The position numbers and the translations under genes are program-made. Of a stretch of 64,000 bases of DNA, positions 58,208-64,000 are shown piece after piece. Each line of letters begins with the position of its first letter. The first letter of the stretch is position 1. Location of the stretch: assembly GCA_963667035.1 (NCBI GenBank), contig OY762964.1, positions 256,001 to 320,000 of the forward strand, in the 5' to 3' direction. The notes beneath the pieces were generated by a model. The model saw only the letters and a list, made by a program, of their open reading frames with translations, had not been told where the DNA came from and made no database searches. This DNA comes from Candidatus Cloacimonadales bacterium (GTDB lineage: Bacteria; Cloacimonadota; Cloacimonadia; Cloacimonadales; JAFGVF01).

Positions 58208-61200
58208 AAACCAAGTTGAAGTTTAAGCTAATATCATTTAAAGTGTCAATAATATTCTTTGTAAGGTCTATCTTCAAATTCTTAGGTGTCAACTCTAATA
58301 TACCAAAATCCTTAGTAGTTGTTTCAATAACGAAATTGAATTTACCAAGCTCATTGTGTAACTTTACTAACTCATCGGCAAAAATTCCATTAAGCTTGTA
58401 ACTCTCTACCTTGAGCATAATCTTACCGCTATTGGAGGTTAAGACTTCATCTATAGGCACAATCTGTTTAGGTTTTATCTTAAGGAGCTTTTCTCCTTCA
58501 AATGATGAATTGAAACCTTTTACGAAAAGAATATCACCAATGCTGATTTTGTCGAAGAAGAGATCAAAGTCTTTACCGAATAAGGATACTTCAAACTTTC
58601 CGTGCATGTCTTCCAGAGCAACAATACCAAAGATGTTACCCTTTCTTGATTTCTTACGTTGACATGAAGATACAATACCTACGATTCTTATTGTATTAGG
58701 GACATGCCCTTCACTAATGGTATTGGAATATGTGTTGGAAAAGTGTTTAATAATGTACTCATACTCAAAAAGTGGATGTCCCGAAAGATAGAATCCAAGA
58801 ACGTTTTTTTCATTCTCAAGTCTATCCATATAACTCCATTCCTCTCTTTGTTCAAGTTCGGGGAAGTAATCATTTTCATCATCGTCATCTTCTCCCAGCA
58901 TATCGAACAAAGTAATCTGTCCGCCTCTTTTGTCTTTCATTGCTTGAGCAGAGTAGTTAACAGCCATTTCAACAGAAGCGAAGTGGGATGCTCTGTTACC
59001 TTCGAATGAATCCAAAGCTCCGGCTGAGATTAAGCTCTCTAAAACGGTTTTGTTTACTGAAGATGAATCACATCTACCCATAAGGTCAAACATGCATTTA
59101 TATGGACCTTTTTCATCCCTCTCGGCAATAATAGCTCTTATGGCAGCAGAACCTACATTCTTAATTCCTTTGAATCCAAAGAGTATTTTGTTGTCTTTAA
59201 CACTAAAATCCCTTTCTGATAAGTTTATATGAGGAGTAATCACTTCAATCTTCATTTTTCTGCATTCTTCCAGGAACTTGGTAATATCCTCGGGATTCTC
59301 AGACATTGAGAGGTTAGCAGCCATGAATTCAACGGGATAATGTGCTTTTAGATAGGCTGTCTGATATGCTACATAAGCGTAGCAAGCAGCATGAGATTTA
59401 TTGAAAGCATAGTTTGCAAAGGTTTTCCAGTCTTCCCAAACTTTATCGATTATCTTTCTTTCAATTCCGTTTTCTGTACAGCCTTTTAAGAATAGGTTGT
59501 ACATATCCGCTAGCATCTTGGCTTTCTTTTTTGAAATAGCTTTTCTCAAAGTCCCGGCTTCTGCACTGGAGAAGTTTGCCATTATTTTAGAGAGTTGCAT
59601 CACCTGCTCTTGATAGACTGTAACCCCGTAAGTCTCCTTTAAAACTTCTTCCATAGAAGGATGCTCGTAAGTAATGGGTTCCTGTCCGTATTTACGCTTA
59701 ATGAAGGAGGGAATATTATCCATAGGACCTGGACGGTAAAGTGCAACCATAGCTATCAAGTCTTCGAACACATTAGGTTTTAACTCTCTGAGGTATCTTT
59801 GCATACCTTTAGATTCATACTGGAATACACCTCCGGTATGTCCTTCGGAAAGTAAGTCATAAGTGTCTTTATCTTCTAGAGAGATGTTATTTATATCAAT
59901 ATCTATTCCACGGTCTGCTTTGAGCATTTTTAGGGCTTTATCAATTACAGTAAGTGTCTTTAAACCGAGAAAATCCATCTTCAGCATTTTTAAATCATCA
60001 AGCCATTTACCTTCATATTGAACTAGAATGCTCTTCTCTCCGTCTTTCTGTTGTGATACAGCTAAAGGTACGAAATTACTTAAATCATCAGGACCAATAA
60101 CAACACCGGCAGCATGTATACCTGTTTGTCTGACTAATCCCTCAAGAACCATACCATGTCTAAGAATACTCCTGTAAAGATCATTACTTTCCATAAGGTT
60201 CTTGAATTCCGGTGATTTCTCAAGAGCTTTCTCTAAAGTAACTTTTGGACCATCAGGTATTAGCTTTGTCATCTGATTAGCATCAGCAACGCTAACTTCT
60301 AAAGCTCTTGCAATGTCTTTTATGACAGACTTGGCTTTTAGTGTTCCGAATGTGATGATTTGAGAAACACTTTTACGTCCGTATTTTTGTACAACGTAAT
60401 CAATAATTTTAGCTCTGCCTTCAGCACAGAAATCGATATCAATATCAGGCATTCCGACTCGCTTAAGATCAAGGAATCTTTCAAACAACAGCCCGTATTT
60501 AAGGGGTTCAAGACGGGTAATATCAAGACAATATGCAACAATAGAGCCGGCTGCAGAACCTCTTCCCGGACCTACTGGTACATCTTGAGCTCTGGCAGCA
60601 TCAATGAAGTCTTTAACCACCAAGAAATATGCATTATAGCCCATTTTACTAATAATACCAAGCTCAAAGTCTATTCTATCCGTGACTTCTTGAGTTAGCT
60701 TTTCATATCTTTCTTTAGCACCTTCATATACAAGATGTCTTATATAATCATCGGTATTGTCATTGAATTGAGCGGGAACATCTGTTTTAGGGAATAAAAA
60801 CTTATCGTATTTAAGCTCTAGTTGAATTTTGTCAGCAATCTTTACAGTATTATCATAAGCTTCAGGAACATTCGGAAACAATTTACGCATTTCATCTTCA
60901 TTCTTGAAATATAGCTCTGTAGTTTCGTATTTAAGCCTGTTTACATCATTAACTGTTTTAGATTCTTGCATGGCGAGCATCACATCGTGTGATTCCCAGT
61001 CTTCTTTATCAATATAGTGACAGTCGTTGGTCACAACCATTGGAGTATTAGTTTTTTTAGCCAGTTCTATCAATTGTGGCATAACTTTCTTTTCTTCAGA
61101 AAGACCATGGGCTTGTAGCTCAATATAAAAGTCATCTCCAAACATATCCTTGTAATCACTGATATATGCTTCGGCTTGCTCAACATTACCTTGTAAGATT

Positions 61201-61631
61201 GAGTAAGGTACGTCTCCTTGAATACATGCCGTTAAACAAACAATTCCATCTGCATGTTCTCTAAGTGTCTTCTTATCAATTCTAGGTTTATAGTAAAAAC
61301 CGTCTGTGAAGGAGTAAGAGGATAACTTGATGAGATTCTGATAGCCTGTTTGGTTTTTCGCCAGTAAGATGATGTGATGACGCTTAAGCTTTTTAGATGC
61401 TTCCTCATTTACGTCACCGTTTATTATATATGCTTCCAGACCGATAATTGGCTTAATATCATTATTAATACAGGTATTATAAAAATCTATAGTTCCATAC
61501 ATATTACCATGATCAGTCATAGCAACGGCAGGCATTCCGAGTTCTTTAGCTTTTTTGACGATTCTATCAACACGACAAGCACCGTCTAATAGGGAGTATT
61601 GCGTATGATTGTGCAAATGAACAAAGGACAT
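58197..61631 (-). CDS. dnaE: DNA polymerase III alpha subunit
   Basis: FVHLHNHTQYSLLDG, GPGRGSAAGS, PDIDIDF, KMDFLGL and YAFNKSH motifs. Confidence 0.98.
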   Translation of the reverse strand: MSFVHLHNHTQYSLLDGACRVDRIVKKAKELGMPAVAMTDHGNMYGTIDFYNTCINNDIKPIIGLEAYIINGDVNEEASKKLKRHHIILLAKNQTGYQNLIKLSSYSFTDGFYYKPRIDKKTLREHADGIVCLTACIQGDVPYSILQGNVEQAEAYISDYKDMFGDDFYIELQAHGLSEEKKVMPQLIELAKKTNTPMVVTNDCHYIDKEDWESHDVMLAMQESKTVNDVNRLKYETTELYFKNEDEMRKLFPNVPEAYDNTVKIADKIQLELKYDKFLFPKTDVPAQFNDNTDDYIRHLVYEGAKERYEKLTQEVTDRIDFELGIISKMGYNAYFLVVKDFIDAARAQDVPVGPGRGSAAGSIVAYCLDITRLEPLKYGLLFERFLDLKRVGMPDIDIDFCAEGRAKIIDYVVQKYGRKSVSQIITFGTLKAKSVIKDIARALEVSVADANQMTKLIPDGPKVTLEKALEKSPEFKNLMESNDLYRSILRHGMVLEGLVRQTGIHAAGVVIGPDDLSNFVPLAVSQQKDGEKSILVQYEGKWLDDLKMLKMDFLGLKTLTVIDKALKMLKADRGIDIDINNISLEDKDTYDLLSEGHTGGVFQYESKGMQRYLRELKPNVFEDLIAMVALYRPGPMDNIPSFIKRKYGQEPITYEHPSMEEVLKETYGVTVYQEQVMQLSKIMANFSSAEAGTLRKAISKKKAKMLADMYNLFLKGCTENGIERKIIDKVWEDWKTFANYAFNKSHAACYAYVAYQTAYLKAHYPVEFMAANLSMSENPEDITKFLEECRKMKIEVITPHINLSERDFSVKDNKILFGFKGIKNVGSAAIRAIIAERDEKGPYKCMFDLMGRCDSSSVNKTVLESLISAGALDSFEGNRASHFASVEMAVNYSAQAMKDKRGGQITLFDMLGEDDDDENDYFPELEQREEWSYMDRLENEKNVLGFYLSGHPLFEYEYIIKHFSNTYSNTISEGHVPNTIRIVGIVSSCQRKKSRKGNIFGIVALEDMHGKFEVSLFGKDFDLFFDKISIGDILFVKGFNSSFEGEKLLKIKPKQIVPIDEVLTSNSGKIMLKVESYKLNGIFADELVKLHNELGKFNFVIETTTKDFGILELTPKNLKIDLTKNIIDTLNDISLNFNLVFDE

Positions 61632-61774
61632 TAATTAACTCCAAATGATATTTTTTATACTTAATGTACTTGTCCCGATTATTGTCAAACTCTTTACAAG
61701 ATTTTCTGAGATAGGGGAGACTTAATATTAATAATGCTTTATCATAGAGTAATTTATCTTATGAGAAACAAAAA

Positions 61775-61796
61775 AGCCTGTTACTTGTAACAGGCT
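61775..61796. repeat. Left copy of the 22-bp target duplication (terminator hairpin)
   Basis: AGCCTGTTAC-TT-GTAACAGGCT, identical to 63459-63480. Confidence 0.92.
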
Positions 61797-63458
61797 CAGA
61801 CTGTTGACAAAGCTATGAGTAAGATTTCATAGCTTTGTCTTTTTTTAGCTTAAAATAAGAACATCAATCATTGACAAAAACCCCCTTAGTTTATACTTAA
61901 ACCATCATAATTAGAGGTGGTTATGCTTAAAAAAGTTTCTGACACACAGTCCCAAATGGAATTTGTAATAATAGATGATCTTGTCCCGGAAGATCATATT
62001 CTACGCAAGATTGACAGGGTAATAGATTTTAGTTTTATTATGGACCGAACTGCTCATTTGTATTGCCCCGACAACGGTCGTCCCCCAGTGCATCCCATAA
62101 CTTTCTTCAAAATGCTTTTTATTGGTTATCTATTTGGTATCCGTTCTGAGCGACAACTAATCAGAGAGATTCAGGTCAATGTAGCATATCGCTGGTTCTT
62201 AGGGTATGGGCTTACTGATAAAATACCGAGTCATTCTCTCTTCAGCCAGAATCGTCGCAGACGCTTTACTGATAGCACTGTTTTTGAAGAGATTTTCATT
62301 GATATTGTAAAACTTGGTATCGAGAATGGTTTGGTAGATGGCAAGGTTCTTTATAGCGATTCAACTCATCTGAAAGCTAATGCTAATAAAGGCAAATATG
62401 AATCAATTAAAGTAGAGACCACACCTCAGAGTTATCTTGAAGATCTAAATAAAACAGTGGATGAAAACCGAAAAGCTCACGGTAAGAAGCCACTCCCACC
62501 TAAAGACAATGACTTTAAAGGCGGTTCGTCACCCAAAGTTAAAGAGATTAAGTCTAGTAAAACAGATCCTGACAGTGGTTTCATGACGCGAGACAAGAAA
62601 CCACAAGGTTTCTTCTATCTTGATCATAGAACCGTAGATCCTAAAGTAAACTTCATAACAGATGTTCATATTACCGCCGGCAATGTGAATGACAGTTCTT
62701 GCTATATTGATAGGCTAAAAGTGCAGCAAGAGCGTTTTGGTTTTGATGTCCTGGCAGTAGGTCTTGATGCCGGGTATGATACAGCTAATATATGCAAAGA
62801 ATTAGTAGATATGGGAATCATGGGAGTAATAGGTTATCGTCGACTTGGAGGTAAAAAAGGTCTTTTCAAGAAGCGTGATTTTAAGTTCATTTCAGATAGA
62901 GACATATACATCTGTCCAGAAGGGAAAGAGCTTAAATATCGAACAACAAACCGTAACGGTTATGATGAATATGCATCCGAGAGTAGCTATTGTAAAAACT
63001 GTCCAATGCTTAACAAATGCACCGAGAGCAAGAACCATCAAAAAGTTATCATGCGTCATGTATGGGAAGACAGTAGAGAGATTATCCATAAAAACAGGTT
63101 AACCTTTTGTGGCAAAGAGATATACAAAAAACGAAAAGAAACCATTGAGAGAAGCTTTGCAAATGCAAAGCAACTTCATGGTTATCGGTATGCGAAATAT
63201 CGAGGTATAGAACGAGTTCGAGAACAAGCATATATGACATCAGTAGTTCAAAACATAAAGAAACTGGTTAAATACCTTTTCAATGGCATATCAGGGAAAG
63301 TGGCATCAATGTTATTAGCTTTTTATGTTAATATATGCTCTGGTTTAGACGAATATAGAGCTAAATCTCATTATCCTGATATTGTACTCAACTAATCAGA
63401 AATAAACTTACAATGTAAAAACCCAGTCATTTTCATAACTGGGTTTGTAAACGGTCTG
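61797..63458 (+). mobile_element. IS1182 family insertion sequence (1662 bp)
   Basis: Terminal inverted repeats CAGACTGTTGACAAA / TTTGTAAACGGTCTG (13 of 15 match), DDE transposase, flanking direct repeat. Confidence 0.93.
61923..63395 (+). CDS. IS1182 family DDE transposase
   Basis: LVPEDHILRKID, GIRSERQL, DSTHLKANA, TDPDSG, DAGY and RKETIERSFA motifs; ATG at 61923 after GAGGT. Confidence 0.95.
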   Translation: MLKKVSDTQSQMEFVIIDDLVPEDHILRKIDRVIDFSFIMDRTAHLYCPDNGRPPVHPITFFKMLFIGYLFGIRSERQLIREIQVNVAYRWFLGYGLTDKIPSHSLFSQNRRRRFTDSTVFEEIFIDIVKLGIENGLVDGKVLYSDSTHLKANANKGKYESIKVETTPQSYLEDLNKTVDENRKAHGKKPLPPKDNDFKGGSSPKVKEIKSSKTDPDSGFMTRDKKPQGFFYLDHRTVDPKVNFITDVHITAGNVNDSSCYIDRLKVQQERFGFDVLAVGLDAGYDTANICKELVDMGIMGVIGYRRLGGKKGLFKKRDFKFISDRDIYICPEGKELKYRTTNRNGYDEYASESSYCKNCPMLNKCTESKNHQKVIMRHVWEDSREIIHKNRLTFCGKEIYKKRKETIERSFANAKQLHGYRYAKYRGIERVREQAYMTSVVQNIKKLVKYLFNGISGKVASMLLAFYVNICSGLDEYRAKSHYPDIVLN

Positions 63459-63480
63459 AGCCTGTTACTTGTAACAGGCT
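63459..63480. repeat. Right copy of the 22-bp target duplication (terminator of the upstream minus-strand gene)
   Basis: AGCCTGTTACTTGTAACAGGCT. Confidence 0.92.
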
Positions 63481-63504
63481 TTTAACACTTATATGATGTG
63501 ACTA

Positions 63505-64000
63505 TTATTTAAAACCGAAAGCTTCTCTGTTATCAATGATTTTCGCATTGTCACGAAGCCCTCTCCACCAGTCACCGTAATACTTATTCTGTTCTCTTTC
63601 AAGAGTAGTTTTAAGAAGTTCATCTTTTTCTGCTTCAAACTTGTCCATATCAGGTTTTGTATGTTTGTTAACTTCAGCTAAATAAACGCCTTTGTCAGTT
63701 TTAACAACATTAGTCCATTGACCTTCTTCGGTTAAAAGCATTGCATCATTAAGCTCTTTTACCATTCCAAGACCTGTAATAGAAGCTTTCACATTAATAT
63801 CTTCAGCATCAGCAAGCTTAAGATTCATTTCTTTAGCTTTAACTAAATATTGATCAGGTTGGTTATCTTTAACAAACTTCAAAGCTTCTTCATAAGCTAA
63901 CTCAAGTTTCTTCTCACGTTTAAGTCTGTTCTCAATTCCGCCCTTAGCTTTTTCAAGCTCTTGGTAATGCTGACCTTTACGCTCGGATACTACATAAACA
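63505..64000 (-). CDS. PpiD/SurA-like chaperone, 3' part (partial)
   Basis: Open to the window edge; EGQWTNVVKTDKGVYLAEV and W..GLRDNAKIIDNR C-terminal pattern. Confidence 0.7.
   Translation of the reverse strand, partial: VYVVSERKGQHYQELEKAKGGIENRLKREKKLELAYEEALKFVKDNQPDQYLVKAKEMNLKLADAEDINVKASITGLGMVKELNDAMLLTEEGQWTNVVKTDKGVYLAEVNKHTKPDMDKFEAEKDELLKTTLEREQNKYYGDWWRGLRDNAKIIDNREAFGFK

Noticed and set aside
58197..61631. Intein or split in dnaE
   Set aside because: 1144 aa is normal length, motifs are continuous and there is no intein signature
724..63102. Numerous 60-150 aa antisense or alternate-frame ORFs in the track
   Set aside because: They lie within well-supported genes and show no domain motifs, so they are treated as shadow ORFs

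Overview
AT-rich chromosomal segment of a diderm FCB-group bacterium. The likely phylum is Cloacimonadota; this is an inference from lpxK, several secreted proteins with 'YPNPFNP...IYNxKGQ...SSGVYF' C-terminal sorting domains, a PorV-like barrel and tandem GWxTD proteins. Most of the window is housekeeping: tdk (end), yggT, divIVA, pnp, dksA-like and lspA; infC-rpmI-rplT-pheS-pheT-zapB-like-zapA-6S RNA-rny-folD behind an L20-type attenuator; dapB/dapF, queC, pdxK and dnaE. It also holds large acidic secreted proteins, extracellular nucleases, a degraded IS200 and an intact IS1182 that duplicated a whole 22-bp terminator. The main unexplained signal is a set of intergenic 130-155 bp imperfect palindromes built from 11-bp-phased micro-repeats. 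Three are visible (9479-9637, 20626-20780, 32662-32800) and a fourth is weak (54941-55030). Their core motifs differ, but two share exact 10-mers. Other notable items are a 1249-aa HEPN-like/Ig-fold protein downstream of a G10 tract, a rhomboid lacking its catalytic residues, an Arg-flanked insert in an adhesin, and strong CCGG over-representation.
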